IMG/VR virus record: IMGVR_UViG_3300037512_000871
Span: 11,996-75,995 of that record
DNA length: 64,000 bases
Reading direction: 5' to 3' (one strand)
From: a virus
Taxonomy: Duplodnaviria > Caudoviricetes
Shown: piece after piece, positions 9,901-20,214 of the stretch
How the letters are laid out: the number at the start of each line of letters is the position of its first letter
Position numbering within the stretch: the first letter of the stretch is position 1
Made by a program: the position numbers and the translations under genes
Notes under the pieces: model-generated
Told to the model about the DNA's origin: nothing
Seen by the model: only the letters and a program-made list of their open reading frames with translations
The model's database searches: none

Positions 9901-11347
9901 AGCCGCCTCCAATGCCCTGTCTGCATTTAATAAAGCCCTTGATAGACGCAGTAAGGATGTTGAGTATAATGATGTTCAGTCTGAGTATTTTGACAATCTT
10001 GCTGAACTTGATAATAGGACAGGGCTTGGCTCTGCGCGTCTGAATAAGGCGATTGAACAGGAAAATGAGGCACGAAACACCCTTGAATTTCTCACTGCAA
10101 GACGTACACAAGCTGAGAGTGAGATGTATAAGGACATTGAACGTCAGCGTAAGGAAAAGGGTTCGCTTTCACAGGCTGAACTTACACTGATTCAGAACAG
10201 GTGGCGTGATGAGGCGTTCATTTCTATGGACAAGCAGATTATTGAGGCACAGAAATCGGTAATCAAGGCATCTACTACCACACAGAATGAGCGTGACAGG
10301 CAGAAGAAGAATCGGGTGAAAGAAATATCCGATGTACTTGAACATCAGCTTGAAACAAGTGCTGTCGGTTCGCTTTCTATGCTGTATGAACGCGCACAAA
10401 GCCAGCTAAAGAAGAATCTTGGTGATTATAAGCTGAAGACTACACCGGAAGAGGCTCGTGATGCTGAAAAGGCGTTGCAGAATATCTACATAAAAGGCAT
10501 GAAGAGTCGTTTTGAGAACCTTGGTCAGAGCATGAGTGGTATTTCTGTTGAACAAGCCAGCGGTGCAATCAGCAGAAAAACAGCTATCGCCCAGCAGAAA
10601 GAAATCATTGGCGCACAGTGGAGGCTTTATGCTGAGGCTCTTCGTGGCTTAGACCCAACACGTGATATGGAGGCTATACGCGAGTTCAGACAGGCGGCTG
10701 ACAGCGCGGCTGAAAGTTGGAATAGACTGGCTGTAAGCGAGATGGCTCTGTCTATCGAGAACATTACAAAAGGTCTTGATACTGTTGAACTTGCAAGAGC
10801 GCAACACAGAATGACTGATAGAACAGCAAACAAGAGGCAGATGGCGATTTACCGTAATATGCGTAAGGAAATCGTCAAACAGATGCGTAATTATGCTGAA
10901 GGTTCTGAGCAGTATGAGACACACCGTAGACAGCTACATGATGTTGACATGAATATAGCTCGTCTGAAGGATGCGATACAGAATGACGTAAATGAGGCGC
11001 GTCAGGGTTTGCTTTCTGCATTTAGTGACGTAATCAGCAGTAATCTGCAAGGAGACAGACTTTCCAACTATGGTCTGTATCACGCGACAAACCTGCTTGC
11101 TCGTCTTGCTCCGGCTCTCAACATTCAACAGAAGGGTGTGAGCCTTTCTGCTGTGCTTGCGAACGCCAATGCTCGTTATAGTGGTTCTACACCAGATACT
11201 TCAAGAGCCATGAGACAGCAACAGAGGCTTTCGACAATCATGGATTCCTATATCGCATCGAAGCAGTATCAAGATGCAGGTATTGGCAAGAACGTCCAGA
11301 CTATCGTAACAATCATGGGTAAACGTACACCCTTATTCTTAAATTGA
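6962..11347 (+). CDS. tail tape measure protein (TP901-type)
   Basis: 1461 aa, helical; TP901-like core (EAGVSLNELGAAIAVL, MFGNIRAGRA). Confidence 0.92.
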   Translation: MPNILDLSARLSADVRPFVNSMASGANASQTTFQNIAQAATMYLGARGLLGTLNRANQASMEFGQSLADASAISTLSVKEIGDALMSLDNVFGRVSKASQSMYRILSSGFSQLDASQLVQFQKAVGISAKVIRADLYNTADVMTTIANAYQLNIKEIEKLQDWFYITVREGKAQGQDLARTLGLVINSASEAGVSLNELGAAIAVLSRTQSVSQSMIGLNQMLNAFIKPTLQAQAAARKWGIEISATALQEKGLTNILTELNQKVGGNVEALEKMFGNIRAGRAILSLTGKQFHNYLNVVDMYNHEAGAGMEAFEKQIDTVQNAYERLQAQQEKTLITVGDDWGNIRKAIYNTGEVLLKAFSDTSPIARWGVYLTGINLATKNIIAVINNLRDSVNSVTRSVDRMTASFTRASAASSGLGSGAIRADIAKLRKKAAHANLALTGDFKPLLERNDQILRGATPWFNLKNQHGIAQKNNPYSVIAQNTLSPYVREHQVIAHNIARNFMKQYFVKYEDITDPVTGRVVDWKVKNAETGFKYKATHNQLEKQLTKSVFIQNEKSMNVLRQYINSARQTKISAESAEKRLINESNMRVGNFYAQPHGFRRGTSNRLYKNQSSLDRLADMKQARFAKSHRIMNWMGMNPYDRGSGIGRWWMQHSMGRSFQYRGKTLVQEPHWFFKAGNKIGSGIGKELGKFTGSIGKTMGVAFNAVATVGLMKFAWDFGKKIGESIGESLNLKDTEFFQWLGRAVTTGDWMGLGPSTAQVETRNIRSNAQARNNTFNKLIDDMRKAKISPDKILTYQEQMAEQYIKAMGKDLKSAQEATEAMNAIIDNIVQDLKDYRETVNAHTQLEEAYRALRPVDREKELNTAEKSYIRSYMSREGMAMNGVTRGLFEEFMKNPQGFTKAFSKFNAFEYNEAGLKQYFDELGIDASNIALNNRLLLNEGIKEVLSVSNLMRQDKAVQQANQQVQRNKVINASGRAASNALSAFNKALDRRSKDVEYNDVQSEYFDNLAELDNRTGLGSARLNKAIEQENEARNTLEFLTARRTQAESEMYKDIERQRKEKGSLSQAELTLIQNRWRDEAFISMDKQIIEAQKSVIKASTTTQNERDRQKKNRVKEISDVLEHQLETSAVGSLSMLYERAQSQLKKNLGDYKLKTTPEEARDAEKALQNIYIKGMKSRFENLGQSMSGISVEQASGAISRKTAIAQQKEIIGAQWRLYAEALRGLDPTRDMEAIREFRQAADSAAESWNRLAVSEMALSIENITKGLDTVELARAQHRMTDRTANKRQMAIYRNMRKEIVKQMRNYAEGSEQYETHRRQLHDVDMNIARLKDAIQNDVNEARQGLLSAFSDVISSNLQGDRLSNYGLYHATNLLARLAPALNIQQKGVSLSAVLANANARYSGSTPDTSRAMRQQQRLSTIMDSYIASKQYQDAGIGKNVQTIVTIMGKRTPLFLN

Positions 11348-11355
11348 GGTGGATA

Positions 11356-13437
11356 ATGGCAGATACAACATACACAACTAAGTGCTATCTAAAGGGTAGT
11401 GTTCAGACCTCGATTGACAATTCGGGGAACATTACCAAAATCTTTACTTGGATGGTGCTTAATGCAAACGAAACCAATACCTTACTGGAATGGTTGGCGT
11501 TTCAGGATTACGTAGAGACTGAATGGGCAGGTAAATCCGGCGATAACTGGAAGAAACCTATTCAGCAGGCTGGAAGCAAGGAATGTACTGCTTTTGACAG
11601 TACGGACGATAGCTTCATTGTTGCAGACCTGACCATTGAAACACCTCCGGGCAGAACGCATGTTGAGGTTACTTATACCTGCACTGGAAACCCGAATAAA
11701 ATCAAGCACTTTACGGATGGTGGTCTTTCCATCAACTCTTCGGATGAGCGTACCAAGTCTTTCAGCTTCAAGTATGTTGTCCCAGAAAAGCAGGTTACGC
11801 TTGGTGATGATACTTGGACTGCACCTGATTTAGAGACAGTCGAGACCACTATTGACGGTCTTTTCAAGATAAACGATAATGTCACTTGGGCGGATTCTGA
11901 AGGTCATACTTACGTTGTTGATAACGTTTCTGTAAGTCAAGAATCTCCAAGTGTTTACAACGTCACCGTGTCCCTTAAAGACATGGCTAAGATGCGTGTC
12001 GGTCTGATTTCCGTGAATGAAGACAGTTACGGACAGAAGACAATTTCGATTACTTGGCGGCTCTCTAAGGAAGAGTATGACGAAACCGACCTGCCTAATT
12101 CCGGTGATGCTGTCGGTACTTGGGTTGGTGAGGGCTATGACGGTGTTGGTTATGACAATTACGTTGTGACTGGTGTTGAGCATAGTCCTGACGGTAACCT
12201 CGGCTATCTTGTCACAATCAATGCAAAAGACACCACCTTCACCAGACTCCATACTCAGCGTGATTACAAGTGGAACGGTACAGGTCTTGAGAAATCCGCA
12301 AATGTTGTCTATCAGCTCCACAGCAAAGAGGACGCAGAACAGTTCCTCAATAATCTTGGTCGTGAGACGCTGGATGTTGATGGTGAATCGTTTACGGTGA
12401 GAGACGCCAATATCACCCAAAGTGGTAAAGACGATTATGAGCTGTCCCTTTCGCTCTCTGATGATTTGACACCGCTTATCGTCAACATCGGCAGCAATAC
12501 CCCTGATGATTTGGACAAGGATATTCAGGTTTCCATGACTTACGGTACTTTCAGACTTACTCCTCATCAGTGCGGTCTGTTCCGCAGTCTGTCCAATCTT
12601 GCTTACTATCCAATCAATAATCCGCCTAACACCAAATTCAACACACGGATTTTGGTTTCCGACCTGCAAGAAATGGATAGCAGATGGACAAATGCCATGC
12701 TAACAAACATTATAACAAGCCCTAATCCTCGTATCGGTTTTTCTGACATTGTGGCTTGTTACGATGGCAGTGATAATAAGGTGAAGAAAGAGTTGTGGAG
12801 TACATATCCTGTGGGTGAAGCAAGCGGTGTTGGCTCCAAGTTCATCAACAGCTTCAAACTTTCTCAATACGTTTATCCACAGCCCACATTTACGGAATCT
12901 TCTTATGGTGAGACACCCAAATACAGTGAGTTTTTTGTTCCGTGGGTTGCGAAGAATGACCTGTTGATTATCCCCGGTGGCAGTACATACAACGGCAGAA
13001 CACTTAATACCGACCTGAGTAATTATCCGAAGTATGATAACGGTCTTGATATGGCTCTTCCGCAGAGATGGCTCAACAGGAAGATACCTTACATGGATTG
13101 CACAGTCACAATGAACTACCGTGGCAACCTTCAGTCCAACATCAAGAAGAATTGGGATGATTACTTCCTGAAAGCAATCAAACAAATCTGCAAAGAAGCC
13201 GAGTTGATTGGCAAAGATTCAAGCTCCAACTTCAATAAGTATTTTATGATGCCTTACGAAAAAGCCGCAAGGAATCATAGCCAATACCCACTTACCAGCT
13301 TCAAACGTACTGGTATGTCTGTTCAGCGTATAATTGACACCAAGGGTCACGAATGGACACAAATCACAATGAACATTCAAGCTCTTTGTGGTGATTACTG
13401 GAACTACAACTATAAAGATAAGGTTGACTTTGAATGA
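11356..13437 (+). CDS. tail tip / distal tail protein
   Basis: Follows TMP; repeated beta modules (YVVDNVSVSQ / YVVTGVEHSP / FTVRDANITQ). Confidence 0.6.
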   Translation: MADTTYTTKCYLKGSVQTSIDNSGNITKIFTWMVLNANETNTLLEWLAFQDYVETEWAGKSGDNWKKPIQQAGSKECTAFDSTDDSFIVADLTIETPPGRTHVEVTYTCTGNPNKIKHFTDGGLSINSSDERTKSFSFKYVVPEKQVTLGDDTWTAPDLETVETTIDGLFKINDNVTWADSEGHTYVVDNVSVSQESPSVYNVTVSLKDMAKMRVGLISVNEDSYGQKTISITWRLSKEEYDETDLPNSGDAVGTWVGEGYDGVGYDNYVVTGVEHSPDGNLGYLVTINAKDTTFTRLHTQRDYKWNGTGLEKSANVVYQLHSKEDAEQFLNNLGRETLDVDGESFTVRDANITQSGKDDYELSLSLSDDLTPLIVNIGSNTPDDLDKDIQVSMTYGTFRLTPHQCGLFRSLSNLAYYPINNPPNTKFNTRILVSDLQEMDSRWTNAMLTNIITSPNPRIGFSDIVACYDGSDNKVKKELWSTYPVGEASGVGSKFINSFKLSQYVYPQPTFTESSYGETPKYSEFFVPWVAKNDLLIIPGGSTYNGRTLNTDLSNYPKYDNGLDMALPQRWLNRKIPYMDCTVTMNYRGNLQSNIKKNWDDYFLKAIKQICKEAELIGKDSSSNFNKYFMMPYEKAARNHSQYPLTSFKRTGMSVQRIIDTKGHEWTQITMNIQALCGDYWNYNYKDKVDFE

Positions 13438-14450
13438 GCGCACTTAGAGACAAGTACCAATCTGTAAGTCAGTTCTTCAAGGACGTTAAGCGCGTCATTG
13501 AGGATATAGTTACACGCCTGTCTGATGTTGAAACCACAATGGACAACTTCGGCGGTGGTGGTATTCCTCAAGAAGAAGACCCACCGAACTATGAAGCAGG
13601 TGAGGGTATTGCGATTGAAAATGACGAAATCAGCCTGAATTACGATGGTCCATTCGCTGTTCACGTACATCACTATAATGAAGAAACACCGACTACAATG
13701 TACGTACAGGCAAATTCAGGGCGTATTATGATTGACCAGACTTCGGTGTTCTCTACTGCTCCGGCTGAAGGTGTCTATACTGCATTAGGCTCTGGTCAGG
13801 TTATGTGGTTAAAAGTCAACTTTACCACAATGACAAGCATTACAACCGAATATTTGGCGGCTGCTGAGGATTTTTATACTGACACCCAGAATGTCATTTA
13901 TATCCGGCTTGCCAAAAACGTTGATGGTACGCTCCGTCAATATCAGTTCGGTGACATAAAATACAGACGGCAGGGCGTTTCCAAATTAACAAGCACCAAT
14001 ACAAGTACAGCCGCTATTTCAACACAGGCTGGCTATAATGAAGGTACTGGTCCGCTGAATCTTACTGTGTATAGCGGCAGTACACCCACACCTCCCACAC
14101 CTCCTGTTAGCAGTGGTGGCATGATGTTCCCGAATTATGTAAACCTTGCTGATACTTCTCCTTATGGTACTGTGTTTGCAGAGGGTAGTAGTTATAGAAT
14201 TGATAGTGCTGGCTGGTTACGCTTCACGTGTATGGGTACATCTATTACTGACGCTTGTGTGTTCTTACATATCAACGGCAACGCAATAGGTATGTATAAA
14301 GGTGGGGGTGGCGGTTTTACGACATTCCTACCAATCCAAGATAACTCTACTGTATACTATACAGCGGGTGGCAGTGCTATACCGTGTCTTGTAAAGTTTG
14401 ATGGTTATGCAGTACCAATAAACGGCGGTGGTACATCTGGTACGATATAA
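13434..14450 (+). CDS. minor tail / tail fibre-like protein
   Basis: YEAGEGIAIEN fibre motif, Pro/Thr linker, small C-terminal beta domain. Confidence 0.55.
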   Translation: MSALRDKYQSVSQFFKDVKRVIEDIVTRLSDVETTMDNFGGGGIPQEEDPPNYEAGEGIAIENDEISLNYDGPFAVHVHHYNEETPTTMYVQANSGRIMIDQTSVFSTAPAEGVYTALGSGQVMWLKVNFTTMTSITTEYLAAAEDFYTDTQNVIYIRLAKNVDGTLRQYQFGDIKYRRQGVSKLTSTNTSTAAISTQAGYNEGTGPLNLTVYSGSTPTPPTPPVSSGGMMFPNYVNLADTSPYGTVFAEGSSYRIDSAGWLRFTCMGTSITDACVFLHINGNAIGMYKGGGGGFTTFLPIQDNSTVYYTAGGSAIPCLVKFDGYAVPINGGGTSGTI

Positions 14451-14489
14451 ATTTCTTGAAATAAAAATGTAAATATGTTGCAGATAAGT

Positions 14490-14517
14490 TTGACTTTTAT
14501 AAATCTCAAAGTATATT
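14490..14517 (+). promoter_or_regulatory. promoter TTGACT-N16-TATATT
   Basis: Consensus match in the AT-rich gap before 14539. Confidence 0.7.
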
Positions 14518-14538
14518 AGAAAGCAACAGGAGGACGAA

Positions 14539-15498
14539 ATGCAAAAAACATTAGTCAATATTGATATAAACACACGAAGTCAGATTACACAGACAGGGCA
14601 GTTTGTGAATCGACAGGCTGATTACGTGCGTATCGAACGTGCATCTTGGTCTGTCCTGTGCTTCCAATTTTATGACAGACAGGTAACGGATGAGGGTGCT
14701 ATTGTTCTTGTTCCCTATCCAATCACCAATCTGTCTTTAGAGCTTTTGGTTGATAATGACTTCACGACCGAAACGCCTGTGATGATTAAGTCGGTTGCCT
14801 CGGCTACTGTTTTCGACCCAACTGAACCCTCTGAATCTAATATGGTGAATATTGCAGGGGATTGGATTGACGGTACTGATGCAGATCCACTTTTAGGTCA
14901 GGTTTCTATTCGCATTTACTCTGGAACCGAAAGGCTTGAATCATTGTTCCAGCCAGCGACAGGAACGCCGCCAACAGAGCTGAAAAACTGTTATCTTAGT
15001 CTGCGTCAGAAAGACCTTGAAGTTGCTACGACTACTCCACTTGTATGGATTCCTGTTATTCCGTACAATACAATCCTTGAAACACTCCCAACCTCATACG
15101 TGATTCCTCCTACTGAGGTTCTTTCACAAGCATTAGCGGCTTACTTTACACAACCCTTTACACTCACTTATGCTCAAACGGCTGATGCGACAAGTTGGCA
15201 TAGTACACCGCAACCTGAAGATAATTACATGGTATTTAATCTTGGTCAGGTTGGTGCTATTCCTTCTGCACATTCTGGCCCCCTGCCGATTCCAAAACGC
15301 AGTATTATCAGGTATTGCACAAACGATGACCCACAAAGTATGTCTGAGGTACTATCCGAACCGAACGCAAACACATACTTTGTTGCAATTATAAGCACAG
15401 TCAAAGCCGAAGCTGACCTTACACTTACAGATTTTGAAAACAAGTGGTATCAGGCACGAGCTTATGCGACTGAACCTATCTGGCAAACTGGAACTTAA
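14539..15498 (+). CDS. putative baseplate / fibre-attachment protein
   Basis: Acidic, Thr/Pro-rich, precedes the fibre gene; RBS AGGAGG. Confidence 0.45.
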   Translation: MQKTLVNIDINTRSQITQTGQFVNRQADYVRIERASWSVLCFQFYDRQVTDEGAIVLVPYPITNLSLELLVDNDFTTETPVMIKSVASATVFDPTEPSESNMVNIAGDWIDGTDADPLLGQVSIRIYSGTERLESLFQPATGTPPTELKNCYLSLRQKDLEVATTTPLVWIPVIPYNTILETLPTSYVIPPTEVLSQALAAYFTQPFTLTYAQTADATSWHSTPQPEDNYMVFNLGQVGAIPSAHSGPLPIPKRSIIRYCTNDDPQSMSEVLSEPNANTYFVAIISTVKAEADLTLTDFENKWYQARAYATEPIWQTGT

Positions 15499-15528
15499 TA
15501 ACATATACTAAAATAAGGAGCTTTAACT

Positions 15529-18500
15529 ATGGCTACTGGTTCCCCTGTTTCTTTCTGGTACGGTACTCGCGCACAGTACGACAGTATCACTACAAAACTC
15601 GATACAACTCTTTACTTCATTACGGACGAACAGGCTCTTTACAAGGGTGCGATTAAGTTCTCCGGCTCTGGTGTTGATACCCTGCTCTCTGTTGGTACAT
15701 CTGCCCCAACACCGACTCAGGCGTATGATAAATATTTCAACACAAGTACAGGTCTCATTTACGTTCTGAGTGCTACGGGTTCTACTGTTTCCAGTTACAC
15801 CCCTGCAAATGGCGCACTTTATTATAATGCAGACTCTCAGCGTTTCATAACACTTACTTTTGATGGCTCTGCTTGGTCTGAAAACGATATTTATGATGCA
15901 GGTATGAGTGTTGCTGACGGTACTGGTCTGTATCTTAACGGTACTACTGTTGGCGGTCTTGATGCTACAACTTCCTCCAAGGGTGTTGTTCAGATTGGCA
16001 ATAACATCACTGTGTCGAATGGTACTATCTCCGTTCCTGTTGCCGCGAGTAACGTTTTTGGTGTTGTGAAAATTGGAGACAACATCACAAACAACAGTGG
16101 TACAATTTCTATTGCCAAAGCTACTGCATCTTCTCTTGGTGTGGTTAAAGTCGGTAGTAACATCTCCGTTGACGCTTCTGGTAGTATTTCTGTTCCTGTT
16201 GCCACTGATTCTGCTCTCGGTGTTATGTTTGTCAGTGGGGGTGCATCTTCTCAAAATGGTGTCACATTGAGTCTAAATGCATCAGGAGCTTTGTTCATTT
16301 CTGTTAATAAAGCTACTGGTAGTCAATATGGTACTACTAAATTAGTCACTGGTTTTACAGCTTCTAATTTAGCTGATGATGAATGGTGGGAGATGCACGA
16401 GGATGCTTCTTCTCTTGCTTCTACTTTAAGTGCTGTTCGTGAGTTTACTTATGCAGTTCTTGATAATCTTTCTGTTGGTCTAAGTGTTGATTCTACTACT
16501 GGAAAAGCTAAAATAGCTGATGCCTCCACTTCTCAAAAAGGTGTGGTTCAGCTTGTTAATGATGCAGATTCCAGTGATATGAGTTCTGAAACAAAAGCTA
16601 TTACACCTCATGCGGTTGGTCAGGTTGCAGATGGTCTTACTGCTGAAATTAACTTAAAGCAAGACATTCTTACAAACGCCACTAACGCTGGTGACGGTAT
16701 TATCATTGAAAACAGTAGAATTAAGACGGATATTGCTACTGTTGAAGAGGTTGTTACTGGTGAGACTGGAACACACCTTGTTGATGCTGATGGTCTTACT
16801 GGTGCATTAAGTCTTGGACAAGCAAATGATGTAAGTTGTTGTCCGGCTGTAAAAGCAGGTACATTAACATTGAATGGACAAGCTGTTACGGACACAAACT
16901 ATTTATCTAATGATTATCCTATGCTGTGGACATTTACTGGTAGTGGTTCTGAAAATTCTTTTGGTTTTTATGGGACACATCCTTTCCCAAAATTTGCAAC
17001 AAATAGAAAGTATTTATTTATTGCAGACATTACTGTAAATAGCGGAAGTTCAGCGGCTTATTTTAAGAGTCATAATGGGGTTGATGTCCTAGGAAATGCA
17101 TTAGGTAAAGTTCATGATGCAGGCGAAACATTTAGACTTGCAATGACTTTTACAACTTCTGGTGCTGATGTTTCTGTTAATACAATTAGTGGATATTCTT
17201 ACTCATTTAATATAACAAATTGTCGTCAATATGCTGTCACTGGCATGTCTGATGAGGCTATTAAATATTTAGCTAGTGCAGAAACAAATCCGAATCCTGA
17301 TGCTTTATTCCGTTCTACTAACATGTCTTCTGTTATCAGTCGTTATCTGATTAAGCAGAATATGGTTTCGCCTTGGATGGGTGTTATTGGTATGAAGGAT
17401 AACAGTGATATGACAGTTGCCGCTGGTTCTAATTATAAGATTAAGTACACAGATAATGCAGACCATACCGTTTCTGTTGATACTTTCCCGAATGATGCTT
17501 ATGGTTGGGATTCTCATATTCAGATGTTCGTTAAGGGTACTTCTCATATCATCTTCAAGTCTCCGCTTATTCTTATGAATGCTTTAACACCTAATGCTGG
17601 TCATAACTTGGTGGTTAAATATCGTAACGGTCAGGCTCTTGTTTACGTTGAAGACACTGACGCTGGTAATATTGTTTATCTTGTTTCCGGCTCTTCTACT
17701 ACACAGGGTTCTCTTGCTTATGGGCTTGCTCAAACACCTACCACAGAAGATGCAACTTATACAAACTATGTTGTGTTTGGTTCTACTGTGAATGGTCTTG
17801 TTTGTGACGCTGGAACTATGTCTAATATAGGTTACAGTGCAAGCCTTATTGGTAATGGTGACGATACTACCTTTATTACTGGTACTCTTGGTTTTGCGTC
17901 TGGTAAGTCTATGTATGTGCAAGACCTCAATCTTAAAGACATAGAGATTACTTCTGGTTCTCTTAATATCGGAAATAATGTTAAGATTACTGGTGCTACT
18001 TCTAATGGTGTTGAGGGTAATGGTAATATTGTACTGGAAGATAACTGCTTACTTGATTTCAGCGACCAAGCAAATAATGTGCCTATCACTGCTTTTACTG
18101 TTACTGCTGTGGATGGTGCAAGAGCTATTCCTTATGGTGAGACAGAGAGTGAAGCTATTGTTGCTGGTACTGGTAATGCTGTGAACAAGTATGGTAAGTG
18201 TGGGTATCTTGTCAGTGATGCTTCTGCTACTGCCTCTAATACACTTTATGATGCGTTAGTTGGTAATGGTAGTAGTTATAGTAATGTGATATTTGATCCG
18301 GCGCTGAATGAACAGACTGTGAATCTTGTAGCTGGCACAACAATCAGCAGGCATGTAGTTATTGCTGGCAATGGAACAGAGAATACTGTTATCGGCACTG
18401 CTAGTAGTACACTAGATACCATGAAATTAGCAGATTCTGTAGCTCTTACAATAAAAGATGTACAGTTAAATATGGCTATAAATTGGGGTAATCATGGTGC

Positions 18501-19692
18501 AATAAAACTGAGTAATGTTCTGTATAAAGATCTCAATGTTACTACTTCTATGAGTCTTTTGTATTCAGCAAACAGTAATCAGGATTTGTGCTATCTGACA
18601 GGTTCTACGTTTTCTAATGTTAAGTTATCGACTGGTGCTAATTCTGGTATACTTAGTGCCGTATACGGCAAATGGGAAATAACAGACTGCGAGGTAAGTG
18701 GGTGTACGATAACGCGCAACAGCCAAATTGGAGTATTTTGTCGTGTTTCTGCTGAGTCTATTTTAAGAAACTGCACTTTCACGAATAATTATTTCAGTTT
18801 CAGTTTTTATGGCTCGTCTATTGCCGGATTAGTCGATAATTGCTCCTTTACAAATCATACTGGTGGTGTTTTTAGCCTTGATGATTCTTCGGGTTCTGGA
18901 GCAAAAGTCGTTTTCTCTAATGACACGCTCGGGATAAATATAAGAGTTGCTGCTAAAGGCATTGCTACCTTCTCAGGTATAAATATCCTTGGTTCCACTG
19001 TCTTTGGTGCTGGTACTGCGGCGTTCGTTGATGGTGCAACTGTTACAAGCACGATTCCCAGCGGCAGCACGATTGGGACTGGTGTTATCAGTTGTCCTAT
19101 AAATATCGGTTCTAATTCTGCTACAATAGAAAATATCACTATTACAGGAGTGACTTATGGTAGTTGTTTTGGAACAGAAAGCGGTGCTTCCGTCATCTTA
19201 AATAATGTAGAAGTAACTGGAAATACATTCAGTGAGTTATTATGTATTTCTTCTCTTGAAGGTCGTTATTATGAATTGAATGATTGTTGGATTCATGCAA
19301 ATGCTAATAGTGCTAATGGTATTTCAGGGCTTGGTGGTGTGATACAAGTAACAAACAGTCGTACTGGCGGTATAACATATAATGGAGCTATTGTTGTATT
19401 TGTCGGCAACAGCACTGTTTCTTCTCTGTCTACAAATACTTCTTCTGCAACAGGAACATTGGTTTTAACACCCGGTTCTACGGTTACAGCTACTAACGGT
19501 GTAATCAACAGTCAAGGTACAGCAAGAATTGTTGTTGGTACGTATGATAAAGAAACTGGAACAGTAACCGAAGCTGAAACCGGTTCTGCTGTTGCAATTG
19601 TTGGTGGTACAAGTTTTATTGTATCTGGAAATGGAACTTACATTAATCCAAATAGTACACCCCCCACAGACTTGGTACTTGTGTCTGATTAA
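15529..19692 (+). CDS. tail fibre / receptor-binding protein with beta-helix C-terminus
   Basis: N-terminal GTRAQYDSI..K..TLYFIT motif, AT.S..GVV..G fibre repeats, Ser/Thr/Gly/Asn-rich beta-helix-like C-terminal half. Confidence 0.8.
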   Translation: MATGSPVSFWYGTRAQYDSITTKLDTTLYFITDEQALYKGAIKFSGSGVDTLLSVGTSAPTPTQAYDKYFNTSTGLIYVLSATGSTVSSYTPANGALYYNADSQRFITLTFDGSAWSENDIYDAGMSVADGTGLYLNGTTVGGLDATTSSKGVVQIGNNITVSNGTISVPVAASNVFGVVKIGDNITNNSGTISIAKATASSLGVVKVGSNISVDASGSISVPVATDSALGVMFVSGGASSQNGVTLSLNASGALFISVNKATGSQYGTTKLVTGFTASNLADDEWWEMHEDASSLASTLSAVREFTYAVLDNLSVGLSVDSTTGKAKIADASTSQKGVVQLVNDADSSDMSSETKAITPHAVGQVADGLTAEINLKQDILTNATNAGDGIIIENSRIKTDIATVEEVVTGETGTHLVDADGLTGALSLGQANDVSCCPAVKAGTLTLNGQAVTDTNYLSNDYPMLWTFTGSGSENSFGFYGTHPFPKFATNRKYLFIADITVNSGSSAAYFKSHNGVDVLGNALGKVHDAGETFRLAMTFTTSGADVSVNTISGYSYSFNITNCRQYAVTGMSDEAIKYLASAETNPNPDALFRSTNMSSVISRYLIKQNMVSPWMGVIGMKDNSDMTVAAGSNYKIKYTDNADHTVSVDTFPNDAYGWDSHIQMFVKGTSHIIFKSPLILMNALTPNAGHNLVVKYRNGQALVYVEDTDAGNIVYLVSGSSTTQGSLAYGLAQTPTTEDATYTNYVVFGSTVNGLVCDAGTMSNIGYSASLIGNGDDTTFITGTLGFASGKSMYVQDLNLKDIEITSGSLNIGNNVKITGATSNGVEGNGNIVLEDNCLLDFSDQANNVPITAFTVTAVDGARAIPYGETESEAIVAGTGNAVNKYGKCGYLVSDASATASNTLYDALVGNGSSYSNVIFDPALNEQTVNLVAGTTISRHVVIAGNGTENTVIGTASSTLDTMKLADSVALTIKDVQLNMAINWGNHGAIKLSNVLYKDLNVTTSMSLLYSANSNQDLCYLTGSTFSNVKLSTGANSGILSAVYGKWEITDCEVSGCTITRNSQIGVFCRVSAESILRNCTFTNNYFSFSFYGSSIAGLVDNCSFTNHTGGVFSLDDSSGSGAKVVFSNDTLGINIRVAAKGIATFSGINILGSTVFGAGTAAFVDGATVTSTIPSGSTIGTGVISCPINIGSNSATIENITITGVTYGSCFGTESGASVILNNVEVTGNTFSELLCISSLEGRYYELNDCWIHANANSANGISGLGGVIQVTNSRTGGITYNGAIVVFVGNSTVSSLSTNTSSATGTLVLTPGSTVTATNGVINSQGTARIVVGTYDKETGTVTEAETGSAVAIVGGTSFIVSGNGTYINPNSTPPTDLVLVSD
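15961..16233 (+). repeat. about four tandem 26-27 aa tail-fibre repeats
   Basis: ATTSSKGVVQIGNNITV / AASNVFGVVKIGDNIT / ATASSLGVVKVGSNISV / ATDSALGV. Confidence 0.8.
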
Positions 19693-19723
19693 ACGATTTA
19701 TCATAATATAAGGAGTTTAACAT

Positions 19724-20125
19724 ATGAAAATATATACTGATAAGTATGGTAATGTTTTTAAGGGTGCTTGTCCTAATCCTTTTCATTTAGATGGGGACAC
19801 TTGGAGTCCTGTTACTGATGAAAAGTTTATTGAATTAGGCGGTACTATTGAAGATGACGGTCAGCTTACCCCCAAAGAAGCTGTTATCGCTTCTCTCGAC
19901 ACCCTTATCCATCAGCTTGCCACACAGGTTCAAGGAATCACTATTGCGGAATTTAAGCAAGCCGCAAAAACCATGATTTCTTCTGACCTGATTGACTATG
20001 CTCGTGCTAAAAACGTGCCGGAAGAAATTATCACAGAAGCTCGTGGTCGTGTTGTTGAAATAATGGCAGATGCGCTTCGTATGGGTATTGTTTGGAATGA
20101 ACTGATTGACGGTATTACAGAATAA
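19724..20125 (+). CDS. hypothetical protein, possible fibre chaperone
   Basis: RBS AAGGAG; directly follows the fibre gene. Confidence 0.5.
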   Translation: MKIYTDKYGNVFKGACPNPFHLDGDTWSPVTDEKFIELGGTIEDDGQLTPKEAVIASLDTLIHQLATQVQGITIAEFKQAAKTMISSDLIDYARAKNVPEEIITEARGRVVEIMADALRMGIVWNELIDGITE

Positions 20126-20214
20126 GCGTGTCCGGGGTTTGGTTGGGTGGGTGCTTCTATAAATGGAGCATAAGAAGGACACATAATCATTAATAACATA
20201 AGGAGATTTGTTGA

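Noticed and set aside
9194-10111. 305-aa antisense ORF within the tape measure gene
   Set aside because: Shadow ORF of a well-supported gene
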